Source: a bacterium (GTDB lineage: Bacteria; SM23-31). Taken from it: a stretch of DNA of 64,000 nt. A program made the translations under genes and the position numbers. Position 1 is the first letter of the stretch; every line of letters starts with the position of its first letter. The notes under the pieces were generated by a model, which saw only the letters and a program-made list of their open reading frames with translations, made no database searches and was not told the origin of the DNA. The DNA is taken from contig OZ252239.1 of the NCBI GenBank assembly GCA_965249485.1, positions 3,488,001 through 3,552,000 on the forward strand, given 5' to 3'. Shown piece after piece: positions 19,778 to 31,147 of the stretch.

Positions 19778-20611
19778 TCAGGCATCACGGTTTTGTTGTT
19801 CCAGATGGTGGAAATTGTTCCAAAGTCCGATAAGGCCAAGAAGAGCTACATTGGGAAGAAGACATGGAGCAAACAAAGGGGTTCCATAGACAAAATTATC
19901 CCATACATTATCCGAAAGTCCTTCAATATTTGCATAGAGGTGTATTAGAAATCCGACAACCCCGACAACAATCTGAATCAGCATAATGTATACACAAATT
20001 TTTAGAAACGCTTTATTTGGTGTTGTAAAAAGTACTGCTGTCAGACAGCCGACAGCAAAAGCGCTCGACCAGACTGGTGTCCACTCCAATATAGAGAAAA
20101 ATCCGTTTTGGGCATGATCAACAACAGAAAGAATAAAATTACCGACAAAACCACCCAGTGCGAGAAAGATAATCCAGTTTCCCCACTCTTTTGTCTGCGG
20201 ATTTACCATTCTGTTGAGCAAAAGAAGCAAACCCAGTCCGGTGTATGCGAGAGGCGCAACAAACGGCGCAGTATACACAAGTGATTTAAGGGTAAACTGC
20301 TGAAAATACTGGCTTTCCAGATGAAGAATCATTCCGGCAATACCAACAACAATGGATACCCAACCCAACAAGATTCCGGCATGCCGGTGGAACTGATTTT
20401 CAATGTTGCCACCACGTTTGAGTACCGATATACTTAACACCCCGGCAACCACTATCGAAAAGTAAAAAGGTATCCATTCGCTCCAATGTCCAAATTTATT
20501 GATTGAATGCGCAAAATAAATATCGATAACGAGAAATGCATAGTTGAGAATTAAGAATAACTCAATCAGAAATGCCCGGTTTTTGAAGCAATTAATCGTC
20601 TTCGTTTGCAT
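19778..20611 (-). CDS. Polytopic membrane protein with a 2-fold internal repeat and four repeat-conserved His; partner of the multiheme cytochrome
   Basis: About 8 hydrophobic segments; repeats AHSINKF..WSEWIP / DHAQNGF..ILEWTP and GMILHL / GFLIHL. Overlaps the cytochrome stop codon. Confidence 0.75.
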   Translation of the reverse strand: MQTKTINCFKNRAFLIELFLILNYAFLVIDIYFAHSINKFGHWSEWIPFYFSIVVAGVLSISVLKRGGNIENQFHRHAGILLGWVSIVVGIAGMILHLESQYFQQFTLKSLVYTAPFVAPLAYTGLGLLLLLNRMVNPQTKEWGNWIIFLALGGFVGNFILSVVDHAQNGFFSILEWTPVWSSAFAVGCLTAVLFTTPNKAFLKICVYIMLIQIVVGVVGFLIHLYANIEGLSDNVWDNFVYGTPLFAPCLLPNVALLGLIGLWNNFHHLEQQNRDA

Positions 20612-21833
20612 GTTCACTTCGGAGTTGTTTTGCAATTTCTTTCATCTCTGTCAACTTAAGCAGCAATTCGTAATTACCGTGCCACTGCACAAAATCTGCA
20701 CCACCCATAAAAGCACCATGTTTTGCCGTACGACTGTAGTAATGCCAGAAATCAAAATAGATAAATTCAATCATTTCGTCAAATGGTTCTGGTGTTAACA
20801 AACCCTCTTCCCGAAGCTTTGCGACGATTTCCTGTGCTTCTTTAACCTTTTCATTCGTACTCTCAACAGAGAGTTCTGCATTCGTGTAAAAATCCTCGAC
20901 ATGTAGTTTAGTGTGACATTTCAGGCAGGTCTCTTTCATTTCATTCTGGCCACGTACCCACCCCGGTCGCTTTTCGGAAACAGCTGCAAACAACCAGTAG
21001 GAAAGCCGTTCTGTAACATCGTGTGTAAATTTCTGCCCTTCGAGACCGCTCATATGACAGGTTGAACACGTTGGAACCGGCATGTCACGTGTGGTCAAAT
21101 TTTTCGGGGGTGCATTAAGGTTCATGAATTGTTTCTGGGCATTAAATAGAACTCCATGTTTCGATTCGTTATAGATCTCTAACTGTGAATGGTCTGGCCC
21201 CATATGGCATTGACCGCATGTCGCCGGCTCACGTGCAAGAGCGATTGAGGTTGAATGACGTGAATGGCAAGTGGTACAGTCACCTATTGAACCATCCATA
21301 TTAGGTTTGCCTATGTCGTGGCATCCGAGACACCCTGATTCAATTGCGCTCGATCCTTCGATAAGTGACAGCTTATTGGCTGGACGGTCAACTGCTCCTT
21401 GATGGTACTGCTCCGCAAATGCAATCTGTTCCGAGGTAAAATCTTGCGCACCACGAACCGCAGCCCAAGCTGGTGCAGCATGCCTACTCCTGAGAAACTG
21501 GTCATACTGAGTTGAATGACATTTACTGCAGTTGAGAGATGTAACTGATTCAGTAATAAAAAATCCGCGGTGCTCAATCCCAGACTGATCATCCTGATGG
21601 CGATGACAATCAAGACAGTTTAATCCCGTTATTGCATGAGCGCTTTGCTCAAATTGGTGAACAACCGCGGAAGTTTCCGCTCTATGACACTCGGCACATT
21701 TTCCCGAAGCAACGACAAATTCGCGTGACGGTTGTTCCGTTTCAACTACAGGTCTCTGAGTATTAATAATGATTGCGGTAACGACAAGCGACGTTCCTAT
21801 AAATATCGAGATAAAAATACCCTGAAAAGACAT
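20592..21833 (-). CDS. Octaheme cytochrome c, hydroxylamine oxidoreductase (Hao) family
   Basis: Eight CxxCH motifs (CAECH, CLDCH, CSKCH, CLGCH, CTTCH, CGQCH, CSTCH, CLKCH), CGQCHMGPDH.Q.EIY.ESKHG, and an N-terminal TM anchor. Start ATG 21833. Confidence 0.9.
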   Translation of the reverse strand: MSFQGIFISIFIGTSLVVTAIIINTQRPVVETEQPSREFVVASGKCAECHRAETSAVVHQFEQSAHAITGLNCLDCHRHQDDQSGIEHRGFFITESVTSLNCSKCHSTQYDQFLRSRHAAPAWAAVRGAQDFTSEQIAFAEQYHQGAVDRPANKLSLIEGSSAIESGCLGCHDIGKPNMDGSIGDCTTCHSRHSTSIALAREPATCGQCHMGPDHSQLEIYNESKHGVLFNAQKQFMNLNAPPKNLTTRDMPVPTCSTCHMSGLEGQKFTHDVTERLSYWLFAAVSEKRPGWVRGQNEMKETCLKCHTKLHVEDFYTNAELSVESTNEKVKEAQEIVAKLREEGLLTPEPFDEMIEFIYFDFWHYYSRTAKHGAFMGGADFVQWHGNYELLLKLTEMKEIAKQLRSEHANEDD

Positions 21834-21977
21834 TGAAACCCTTTCAGTACAACGTTTTGTGTTTAATGTACAGCTCGGTATGCTACAAAAACGAATGCAG
21901 TGCAAATAAAAATGCCGGAGGGTTTAAATTACTAAATCTAAAAATTATATTCAACTAATTTATAAGATTTCTTTAAT

Positions 21978-22004
21978 AAAAATGCGGGCGTTTTGTCCGC
22001 TTTT
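21978..22004 (-). terminator. Probable terminator after the response regulator
   Basis: Minus strand GCGGAC-aaaac-GCCCGC-ATTTTT. Confidence 0.45.
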
Positions 22005-22109
22005 CACCATAAATTACATTTTGAGACGTAAAATAACCTGTTAAATTATGTAATGCACCAATTTCGTGTATCCCATGAGTGATTAAATGAAGAAAGACGG
22101 AAGAATTGA

Positions 22110-22502
22110 TTATTCTGAAGAACTATCTGAAACTTCATCAAGGACAGATTTAATTTTATCTAATAGATCCTGCATTACGAGTGGTTTCGAAAAATAAGCC
22201 TCTGCACCCATATCGATAATTTCCTGTTTAAGCTTATCATTGGTAATAACACCGGAAATAAAAATGATCGGTGTCTCTTTAGTCGGTTCGAAATTCCGAA
22301 TATCCTGATAGAGAGCAGTCCCGCCTATATTCGGCAGGACCATATCAAGAATTATGAGATCCGGAACGGTTGCTTTCAAAATATCGATTGCCGCATCACC
22401 GTCTTCGGCTGCAATAACTTTGTGCGAGGTAAAATCATGAATATACGTTGAAATGAGCTGCCGAATTCCACCATCATCATCGACAACAAGAATTGTTTTC
22501 AT
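22110..22502 (-). CDS. Single-domain response regulator (receiver)
   Basis: ILVVDDD, LIILDMVLP, IIFISG, FSKP. Confidence 0.93.
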   Translation of the reverse strand: MKTILVVDDDGGIRQLISTYIHDFTSHKVIAAEDGDAAIDILKATVPDLIILDMVLPNIGGTALYQDIRNFEPTKETPIIFISGVITNDKLKQEIIDMGAEAYFSKPLVMQDLLDKIKSVLDEVSDSSSE

Positions 22503-22745
22503 TACACATTCTCCTCATGCATTTAATTGTTCGTGCAGTCATAAGTTGCTCATATTCAAAATTAAATCTGACAATCATATTCGCATACAACAATATAGCA
22601 AATTCATTTTATATCCACTATAACTTATTTTAAAATAATTTCCAACAATTTCAAGTTATTTCTTTAACTACTTTTTCTCATTTTCACCTATCTCTCACTC
22701 TTTTAAATAAGTATAGGTAATAGTGACTGTGACTGGAAAAAAATA

Positions 22746-24090
22746 TTACTCCTGCACAATTATACCATCTCTCACAACAACATATCCATCCCTGATTACC
22801 ATTTCGACATTCTTGAGATCGTTAAGATTTTCATCAGGATTACCGTCAATAACAATAATATCTGCCAGTTTACCGACTTCAATGGTCCCAAGTCTGTCAT
22901 CCATATCAAGAATTTCCGCACTCACACTTGTTGCCGCAGTCAAAGCTTCCGGAATTGTGAATCCTGCCTGAATATAGAGTTCCAACTCGTCTATATATGG
23001 CTGCGGCATTTCTCTGATTTTATATCCCCACATATCAAGGCCTACCCCAATGGTAATTCCGGCATCTTTCAATTTTCTCACCATTTCGACCATCGATTCT
23101 TTTGATAGAGAAAATCTCCGTGACGGAGAATTGAAATAACCGCCGAAGTCATCCAATATATAAACATATGGAACGATTGTAGGATCAGCTTGAGTACCAT
23201 TTTCCGCCATGAGACGAATGGTCTCATCAGAGCGGGGAAGCGGATGTTCAATGACATCGACACCGGCCTCAACAGCCCACTGAATATAAAAAGTCTCTGC
23301 ATCTGCCGCGACCTTGTGACCAAGCGCATGTGCTTCATCAACTGCAGCCTGAATTTCTTCACGGCTGAAATGACTTGCAACTTTTATGACATCAGCACCT
23401 TTATTGAACTGATCCCGTACGGCTTCACGCCATTCATCCGGGCCATTGGCTGTTACAACATCCTCACCCGGAGGATTCACCGTCAAACGGCTCTCGGCAC
23501 CGTGACCTCCTGTCGATGTGATCAGATGTCCAGCAGGAAAAATACGGGGACCAGGAAGACGGTTCATTGAAACCCATTCCTTGAGACGGAATGGAATCAT
23601 ACCGAATGATGCGAGATCGCGTATACTTGTGATACCGCTTTTGATAAAATAGCGCATCCGTTCCACTGAAAGGAGCGTCAATTCCGGTTCGATGAGCGGA
23701 CTTCCCTCTTCCACTTCCGATATGTGCGTATGCAGATCGATAAGCCCTGGCATAATGGTCTTTCCCGAAACATCGATTACGGTTTCACTATGAGGAATCC
23801 ACTCCTCACCCTGCCAGACGACTGATTTAATTTTGTTCCGCTCTATTATTACAGTACCCTGTCGGGTAGGTGATCCGGTACCATCAAATATTCTTCCGTT
23901 TGTCAATACCAGCGTTCCTTCTGGTCCTTTTGGTACATGTAGGAACAGGTGTGCGGCGGGGATCATCGGACACAGTTGTGTTTTCGTCGATCCACACTCT
24001 TCTATCCTGAGCCCGTTCCTGACCAATGACAGTTTTTGAAAGAGAAAACATTATTGCAAACACGATACATAAGAAGCTAATCTTATTCAT
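22746..24090 (-). pseudogene. Secreted metal-dependent amidohydrolase, frameshifted near 23940
   Basis: The signal peptide lies in ORF 23884..24090 (..DDPRRTPVP) and continues in another frame as VPKGPEGTLVL; MPGLIDLHTH, IEH, GKLADIIV. Confidence 0.82.
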
Positions 24091-24284
24091 TTTTCTATTC
24101 TCCTGATTTTCACAAATCTTATATTCATATCCTACTTTTCAGACTGTGGATTGATTGGAATTGTTTTGTGCGACTGAGGAACAAACGATATATTGCAATT
24201 GTTTTACCATAGATTGCTCGTAGCGATATCCAAATCTAATTCACTTCTACGTAATTATACATTCAACTTTCCTGGAGAACTATC

Positions 24285-24710
24285 ATGGGTAAAACATATC
24301 AGTCAGTAGTAATAAATGCATCATTAGATGATGTATGGTCAACTATCAGGGACTTTCACGATTTTTCATGGGCGCCGAACGTGATTACCAAATGTATTGT
24401 GGTTGGAGATTTACGTGGTGATCAGATAGGCGCAAAACGGATTTTGAATGATGCGTTTCATGAAACACTTCTCGAATTGAGTGATCTCAATCATATTATT
24501 CGGTATAGTATTGACAATGGACCTGAACCGGTTTCTCAATCTGATGTGTCCGATTATGTCGGTGAACTCTCGGTCAGACCTGTCACGGAAGATAATGCAA
24601 CTTTTGTCGAATGGTCATCCTCTTGGGAAGGGAGTAATTCCCAAACATATGATTTTTGTCATGGAATATATTTGGGTCTGCTTGCAGACCTTAAAAAAAA
24701 GTTTTCTTAG
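24285..24710 (+). CDS. SRPBCC / polyketide-cyclase-like protein
   Basis: SVVINA..DDVW..IRDFH, GAKR.L, TFVEWSS.W. Confidence 0.85.
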   Translation: MGKTYQSVVINASLDDVWSTIRDFHDFSWAPNVITKCIVVGDLRGDQIGAKRILNDAFHETLLELSDLNHIIRYSIDNGPEPVSQSDVSDYVGELSVRPVTEDNATFVEWSSSWEGSNSQTYDFCHGIYLGLLADLKKKFS

Positions 24711-24822
24711 TGCAATGTGCCGGGAATCTAAAATATTAGTGTATTCCCTTTTTCACGGATCCCCGGTTCACTTAATTGCGGGATTTTACAGACAGGATTT
24801 CATAAAAATAATCAACCGGGAA

Positions 24823-25305
24823 TTACAATCCACAGGAATCCTTGCCTTGTTTACCAAGATAGTCCTGATGGTACTCCTCAGCTCTATAAAATACTCCGGC
24901 GGATTTAATTTCGGTAACAATATCATCTGCGAAAACACCAGACTCCTGCAATTTCTTTTTAGAATTGTGGGCAATTGACTCCTGATCAGGAGTGTGAAAA
25001 AAGATTGCCGACCGGTATTGTGTACCATAATCAGGACCCTGTCTGTTGAGTGTTGTGGGGTCATGAATATTCCAAAACAATCCTAACAGGTCATCATAGG
25101 AGACTTTTGCCGGATCAAATTCTATTTCTATAACCTCAGCATGTCCCGTTGTTTCGGTACACACTTCCTGATACGTTGGGTTGTCTTTCATCCCGCCTTC
25201 ATACCCGACAGCCGTCCAAACAACACCATCTATTTTTTTGAATGCTGACTCAACTCCCCAGAAACAACCTGCGCCAAATGTTGCCTTTTCCACTTTATTC
25301 TCCAA
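24823..25305 (-). CDS. msrA: Peptide-methionine (S)-S-oxide reductase
   Basis: [32 protein letters not shown]. Confidence 0.97.
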   Translation of the reverse strand: MENKVEKATFGAGCFWGVESAFKKIDGVVWTAVGYEGGMKDNPTYQEVCTETTGHAEVIEIEFDPAKVSYDDLLGLFWNIHDPTTLNRQGPDYGTQYRSAIFFHTPDQESIAHNSKKKLQESGVFADDIVTEIKSAGVFYRAEEYHQDYLGKQGKDSCGL

Positions 25306-25564
25306 TTAACTTGTTTTAGTCCATGACTGGTAAACTGTTTAAGTTTAAATATTTATCATGTTTTTTGCAAGAGTAAATTCGGCAAACCTTCCGGTGTACC
25401 TTTCTCTATTTCAGGTATATTCCATTAGAGTTGAGAATTGTATAATAACGACTATGTTTTGCCTTTTTAAGAAAACGTATTGCTTTTCACCGGAAACTGT
25501 ATTTTATTTAAGTAATAGAGCTGTATAAGGTTAAATTGTATAGGAAACACCTTGGAGGCAGTAT

Positions 25565-25930
25565 ATGACGAAATATGTTGACTCGACTGAACAACTTGTT
25601 GTGGAAATATTTGTACGCAATATCAAGTTGTCAAAGAACTTTTATACGACAATAGGATTTAAACTCATCAGAGGAGATGATATGTTTGTTGAGTTGGCAT
25701 GGGAAGACCATAAGCTTTTTCTTGTTGGTGGTAAAGACTTACCACCTCCTCTCAACTATTCAACGGCAAACCTCCGAATCATGGTTCCACGAGTTGATGA
25801 GTACTGGAATCTTATCCAGGGAATTGGTGTACCAATCAAAAGTTCTATTGGCGACCGTTCTTACGGAATTAGAGATTTTTCATTTATTGATCCTGATGGT
25901 TTTGGTATCCGATTCGGCACTTGGATTTAA
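25565..25930 (+). CDS. VOC / glyoxalase-bleomycin resistance family protein
   Basis: FY..IGF, DRSYGIRDF...DPDGF.IRF. Confidence 0.88.
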   Translation: MTKYVDSTEQLVVEIFVRNIKLSKNFYTTIGFKLIRGDDMFVELAWEDHKLFLVGGKDLPPPLNYSTANLRIMVPRVDEYWNLIQGIGVPIKSSIGDRSYGIRDFSFIDPDGFGIRFGTWI

Positions 25931-26032
25931 TATGCCGCTAACAGACGCATGAAAGAACTGAAGAAAAGTCAAAGCGTATACTATTAGCTATAGTTAATTA
26001 ATAATTGTATTCCAGATGTTGTACAGGGAATT

Positions 26033-26368
26033 ATGACACAAAAAGAAAAAGATGAAATAAAAAAACTCATCCTCGAAGAGATGGAATCGATTCAGAAAAC
26101 CATTGCTGAGCTGGTAGAACTGACAAAACCTGATCCGCAACAGGATGCGAATGACTGGTTCACGACCAAAGAGAGTAATATCAGCAAAGCAATAAATGAA
26201 AAAGCATTAGAAAAAAACAGGATCAAACTTACCCAACTACACCAGACACTTATCCGTATCGACAGTCCGCAATTCGGTATTTGTATACGGTGTAAACAAC
26301 CGATTCCGTTCGTCCGCATCGAGGCAATGCCTGAAACCGAACGGTGTGTTCAGTGTGCAAGCATTTAA
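26033..26368 (+). CDS. TraR/DksA C4 zinc-finger protein
   Basis: Coiled coil followed by FGICIRC..PIP..RIEAMP....CVQCA. Confidence 0.9.
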   Translation: MTQKEKDEIKKLILEEMESIQKTIAELVELTKPDPQQDANDWFTTKESNISKAINEKALEKNRIKLTQLHQTLIRIDSPQFGICIRCKQPIPFVRIEAMPETERCVQCASI

Positions 26369-26441
26369 GCTGTTGGAAATTCTTTGTAGGCTCTCTTATT
26401 TAGGGTTATGCCGGTGAAGCAATAACATTATTTTCCGAGAA

Positions 26442-27077
26442 TTATAAAAATATCTGAACTGCCAGCATACTACAAAATCCAATAACGAATGCCCATGCTA
26501 CTTCAGTGGGATTTCTTTTTATGAGTGCATGGGGAATTATTTCAAAGATAACAAGATAGATCATTGCTCCCGCTGCAAAGCCGAGAAAAGGAATTAGAAG
26601 CGGTTTAAAGAGCCACACCAGCATACTTGCAGGAATTGCAGCAATCGGCTGCGGAAGACTTGTCAAAAACGCCACAAAAAAACATTTTCGGACACTTGCG
26701 CCATTGCTCCGAAATGGTATCGAGACTGCCAGTCCTTCGGGTATATTATGGATTGCTATGGCAATAGCGATATAATGGCCAAAATTACTGATACTGTCAA
26801 AGACAAATGCCGAATCATAGCCGACACCGACCGCAACACCCTCAGGGATGCTATGGAACGACATCGCAACAAAGAGAAGTATCTCTGTTCTGGTACCGAT
26901 TTTTTTAATGAATCTACGCTCTAACCTCTCTTCAGTTAAATATTTTTCAATGAGCCAGATAAAGAGTGAACCAAGAAGGATACCGGTGATAATAAGAAGC
27001 ACGGCTTTTAATCGCGATTGACTAAGGCCGAATGTCACAGCAGGTATTATCAAATTATAGACTAATGCAGAAATCAA
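26442..27077 (-). CDS. ZIP-family metal transporter, probably 5'-truncated
   Basis: HSIPEG and HNIPEG motifs, FAAGAMIY. Starts at TTG within what is usually TM2, and no upstream TM1 is visible. Confidence 0.82.
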   Translation of the reverse strand: MISALVYNLIIPAVTFGLSQSRLKAVLLIITGILLGSLFIWLIEKYLTEERLERRFIKKIGTRTEILLFVAMSFHSIPEGVAVGVGYDSAFVFDSISNFGHYIAIAIAIHNIPEGLAVSIPFRSNGASVRKCFFVAFLTSLPQPIAAIPASMLVWLFKPLLIPFLGFAAGAMIYLVIFEIIPHALIKRNPTEVAWAFVIGFCSMLAVQIFL

Positions 27078-27195
27078 TGGATCTCATTTACATTTCGCAA
27101 CGAACATTTCAAAGCACTTTTCTGCTAAATATTATTTATACCCATAAAATCAAGTTTCAGGTTCATGGAAATTCTACTAATTTTTGGAGGCGATC

Positions 27196-28194
27196 ATGAT
27201 TTACAGACCATTGGGATCATCCGGAATCGATGCATCCGTAATCGGATTAGGAGCATGGGCCATGGGGGGATGGCAGTGGGGCGGCACCGATGAACAACAA
27301 TCGATAAATGCTATCCATGCCGCAATTGATGAAGGCATCAATCTCATCGATACGGCCCCGGTGTATGCTTTTGGCTATTCAGAAGAAATTGTTGGAAAAG
27401 CAATAAAAGATAGGCGTGACAAGGGAGTGCTTGCTACCAAATGCGGCCTTGTATGGGATAAGAAAAAAGGAAAACACCATTTTAATTCTGATAAAAACGA
27501 GATACGGGAAGATGCAACCGAAATTGCTGTGTACAAGTATAATGGGGCACAATCAATCCGACAGGAAATTGAAAAGAGTTTAAAACGACTTCATGTCGAC
27601 TACATCGACCTGTATCAGACCCACTGGCAGGAACCGACGACCCCGATCGCAGAGACGATGGGTGAACTGCTTAAACTAAAAGAAGAGGGGAAAATCCGGG
27701 CTATCGGTGTAAGTAATGCGACTGCGGGCGATATGGAAGAATATTTGCAATACGGGATTATCGATACCGATCAGGAGTGTTACAGCATGATAGAATCCAA
27801 TGCCGAAAAAGAAAACCTCCCCTTCTGCGGTAAGCATACTATTTCATTTCTTGCATATTCACCGCTTGCCAAAGGAATCCTCTCCGGGAAAGTCGGGCGG
27901 GACTACACATTCAAAAAAGGCGATCTCCGCAATACGCATCCCCTCTACACACCGACAAACCGCGAATTGGTGCTGAAAATGATCGAGCAACTGCAGCCCA
28001 TTGCAGACGACATGAATATAACAATGGCCCAGCTCTGTATCGCCTGGACAATCAATCGACACAGTTTTACACATGCGCTTGTCGGTATCCGGTCACCCAA
28101 ACAGGCTGTAGAAAGCGCTTTTGTTGGTGAGATTATAATCAATGACACTGATCTCGATATAATGGCACGTGCGATAAAACAATATGAAAACTGA
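27196..28194 (+). CDS. Aldo/keto reductase
   Basis: GLGAW, IDTAPVY, LATK, IDLYQTHW, IGVSN, YSPL. Confidence 0.93.
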   Translation: MIYRPLGSSGIDASVIGLGAWAMGGWQWGGTDEQQSINAIHAAIDEGINLIDTAPVYAFGYSEEIVGKAIKDRRDKGVLATKCGLVWDKKKGKHHFNSDKNEIREDATEIAVYKYNGAQSIRQEIEKSLKRLHVDYIDLYQTHWQEPTTPIAETMGELLKLKEEGKIRAIGVSNATAGDMEEYLQYGIIDTDQECYSMIESNAEKENLPFCGKHTISFLAYSPLAKGILSGKVGRDYTFKKGDLRNTHPLYTPTNRELVLKMIEQLQPIADDMNITMAQLCIAWTINRHSFTHALVGIRSPKQAVESAFVGEIIINDTDLDIMARAIKQYEN

Positions 28195-28297
28195 CCTGCC
28201 AAAACAACAGCCACGTCTGTTGCATAATATAAATTGTGGTTTAATATTAAAACATTTTCTCCGGCAAAAGTTGACAAAATACAATGTCGTACTATGA

Positions 28298-29206
28298 TCA
28301 GAATGGTGAAAGAGCCGGTTCAGTGTCAATAAAGTTATTGTTGGTGAGTCTCATCTGATTGGAGCCGTCGGCGTTCATGATGTAAATTTCTGTAAGTCCA
28401 TCCCTGCCAGAATCAAAAACAATTTTCGAACCATCATGAGCCCATTTAGCATGCCTGTCATCACTTTTGATACTATTTGTCAAATTAGTATTATTTGAGC
28501 CATCCACATTCATCGTATATATATCGAAGTTCCCTTCCCGGTTTGAGGAATATAGTATCTTAGTTCCATCAGGTGAATATAATCCATAAATCTCATCTGA
28601 CGAGAGCATGGTTATATTTTTTAAACCGGAACCATCTTGGAAACTGATCATGTATAGCTCCATATCTCCTTCACCCCCAGGTCCGGAATTTGAATCAAAA
28701 ATAATATTATTACCGTCGGTTGTCCATGATGGATAGCCATCATCCCCAGATAAATTATGAGTTAATCTGGTCTGATCCGAACCATCACTACTCATGACAT
28801 AAATTTGTCCTGTACCATCTTCCCGATTGGAATCGAATGCCAGTTTTGTACCATCGGGAGACCATGCCGGAAAACCGTCTAAATATTCATTATCGGTCAA
28901 ACGTTTTTGATTCGAGCCATCTGCATCCATTACATAAATTTCTCTATTGCCGTCCCGATACGAAACATAGGCAACCTTTGTACCGTCCGGAGACCAACGG
29001 GGTGCACCTTCACGGGCAGTACTGTCGCTCAAGGGTTTTTTATTGGAACCGTCAAGGTCCATACTATAAATTGTGCCGTTCCCAACCGCATCAGCATCAG
29101 CAATATAAAGAATCTTGGATTGCACATGTGCTGAATCGGATACATATTGAGAACATGATAGTACATAGAAGGCAATAAAAACGATAAATACCCATCGATT
29201 ATTCAT
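28298..29206 (-). CDS. TolB-like beta-propeller lipoprotein (PD40 repeats), copy D
   Basis: Lipobox VLSC; repeated WSPDG..(F/Y).S.R.G..EIYVM..DGS.Q..LT. Confidence 0.88.
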   Translation of the reverse strand: MNNRWVFIVFIAFYVLSCSQYVSDSAHVQSKILYIADADAVGNGTIYSMDLDGSNKKPLSDSTAREGAPRWSPDGTKVAYVSYRDGNREIYVMDADGSNQKRLTDNEYLDGFPAWSPDGTKLAFDSNREDGTGQIYVMSSDGSDQTRLTHNLSGDDGYPSWTTDGNNIIFDSNSGPGGEGDMELYMISFQDGSGLKNITMLSSDEIYGLYSPDGTKILYSSNREGNFDIYTMNVDGSNNTNLTNSIKSDDRHAKWAHDGSKIVFDSGRDGLTEIYIMNADGSNQMRLTNNNFIDTEPALSPF

Positions 29207-29239
29207 CCCAAACTCCTAATTTATAGTTCCTCGATTTTT

Positions 29240-30151
29240 TCATTTTAAATATGGTGACCACGAAGGTGCTGCGCCATTTGCGATCTTGGTAAGACCAGTA
29301 CCGTCAATATTGACCGTAAATATTTCAGGATCCACGCCTTCACTTGCGGTAGTAAATACTAGCTGCGCTCCTTCGGGTGACCATGATGAAAATGCATCAC
29401 CGATCGTAACATCGTTGGTAACTTTTATACGGCCAGTACCGTCCATATTCACAATCCATATATCTTTGTCCCCCTCAACGCCTGATGCATAAGCAACTTT
29501 CCTTCCATCGGGGGATACTGACGGCCACTCATCAAGATTGGGACTATCCGTAAGCCGGATCAATCCGGAACCATCGCTGTTCATTGCGTAAATTTCAGGA
29601 TTACCATCTCTTCCTGATTCAAAGGCGAGTTTGGGTACAGAAGGAGACCATGTCGAATACGCATCATTACTCGAACCGGTTGGAAGAAGTGTTTGGCCGG
29701 TACCGTCAATTCTTAACATAATCAATCCTTTGCCTTCTTCTGTTTGTCCGGTATAGTAGATGGTTTGATTATCACTCGTCCAGGCACCATCATTGACACC
29801 CATGGAATTAGGGATTTTTACATTATTCGAACCATCAGGATTTATCATGAAAGCTTCCCATTCTTCACCTTTTCTTCCCGAGTATAGAATTTTTGAACCA
29901 TCCGGCGACCATACCGGCTGTCGTATATTATAAGAAGCTTGAAATTATGGTATCTGATTTGAACCGTCGGGATTCATGATATAAATGTCTGTACCTGCTT
30001 CACCTTGAACAGTATAAATTATTTTAGATGCCGGTTGCTGTGTCTCGGTATCCGACATACCGCCGCAGCCTATTATGAATGGAGTAAGTGCAAATCCAAA
30101 GCATATAATCATGCAGAATCCAATGTGTGATGTTCTGCTAATTCTTAACAT
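29240..30151 (-). pseudogene. TolB-like beta-propeller lipoprotein, copy C, with in-frame TAA at 29945-29947
   Basis: Lipobox IIGC. Reads NQIP*FQASYNIRQPVWSPDGSKILYSGRKGEEWEAFMINPDGS in frame into ORF 29240..29848. Confidence 0.85.
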
Positions 30152-30220
30152 ACATTCCTCCTATAACTCAATATGAGTAATTCCTGCAATAATTGCTATA
30201 ATCAATAGTCTGTTGTTAGG

Positions 30221-31108
30221 TTACTGAATAGCCGATGACCACGATGGAAACCGGTCAGCACTATCATGAAACGTTACTCGATTTCTTTCGGAACCATCCC
30301 GGTTCATAGTGTAGATATCCCAATTTCCATCGAGAACCGATTCAAATATGATTTTTGTTCCATCAGGCGACCACCGGGGATGGCAGCTTTCTTGTTTGCC
30401 ATCAGTCAGCACGGATATGCTTGATCCATCTACTGGTATCATTGCTATATTCAACCTGTCCTGCTCAAAGATAATTGCTTCTCCATCAGGCGACCAATCG
30501 GGAAATCCGGTTGCACTCTCAGAGATGAGCACTGGTGTCCTGTCAGAACCTTCCGTGTTAATTGTAATAATATTCTCCGTGACACCATCAGCATTCGACT
30601 CAAAGACTATATGAGCTCCGTCAGGTGACCAGGAAGGTGCGCCATCTTCAGTTTCACTGTCTGTTACCTGTATGAGGCCGCTCCTATCCGGATTCATACG
30701 ATATACCTGATCCGTCCCTGTTAATCGGGAACTGAAGGTGATCTGCAAACCATCAGGTGACCAACGTGGAAAGTCATCATCGACATCGTTATTCGTCAAT
30801 CGTGTTTGACCAGATCCGTCACTTAACATCACATAAATTTCCCAGTTGCCATCCCTGTTTGAACTGAATGCTATACGTGATCCGTCTGGTGCTGCATTTG
30901 GATGTCTATCTTCCCAATAATTGTCCGTTAATCTGTTCTGATCAGAACCGTCACTATTCATTACATAGATTTCAATATTTCCATCACGGTCAGATTCAAA
31001 GACAATGTTGAAATTGTTCGCGAGATCAGAGGAGTTCTTGTCACTTCCGGAACACGAAAATAAACACATAAAAAAGAAAAGATAGAGCTTTTTAAATTGG
31101 ATGTTCAT
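30221..31108 (-). CDS. TolB-like beta-propeller lipoprotein, copy B
   Basis: Lipobox LFSC; PD40 repeats. Confidence 0.88.
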   Translation of the reverse strand: MNIQFKKLYLFFFMCLFSCSGSDKNSSDLANNFNIVFESDRDGNIEIYVMNSDGSDQNRLTDNYWEDRHPNAAPDGSRIAFSSNRDGNWEIYVMLSDGSGQTRLTNNDVDDDFPRWSPDGLQITFSSRLTGTDQVYRMNPDRSGLIQVTDSETEDGAPSWSPDGAHIVFESNADGVTENIITINTEGSDRTPVLISESATGFPDWSPDGEAIIFEQDRLNIAMIPVDGSSISVLTDGKQESCHPRWSPDGTKIIFESVLDGNWDIYTMNRDGSERNRVTFHDSADRFPSWSSAIQ

Positions 31109-31147
31109 TAGTCAATAGTACCAATTAATGTTAGTCATTATTATGAT

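Noticed and set aside
21902..21918. Sigma54-like motif upstream of the Hao-like gene
   Set aside because: Spacing is GG-N11-GC, one base too long; it would be valid only if the T5 run is an error.
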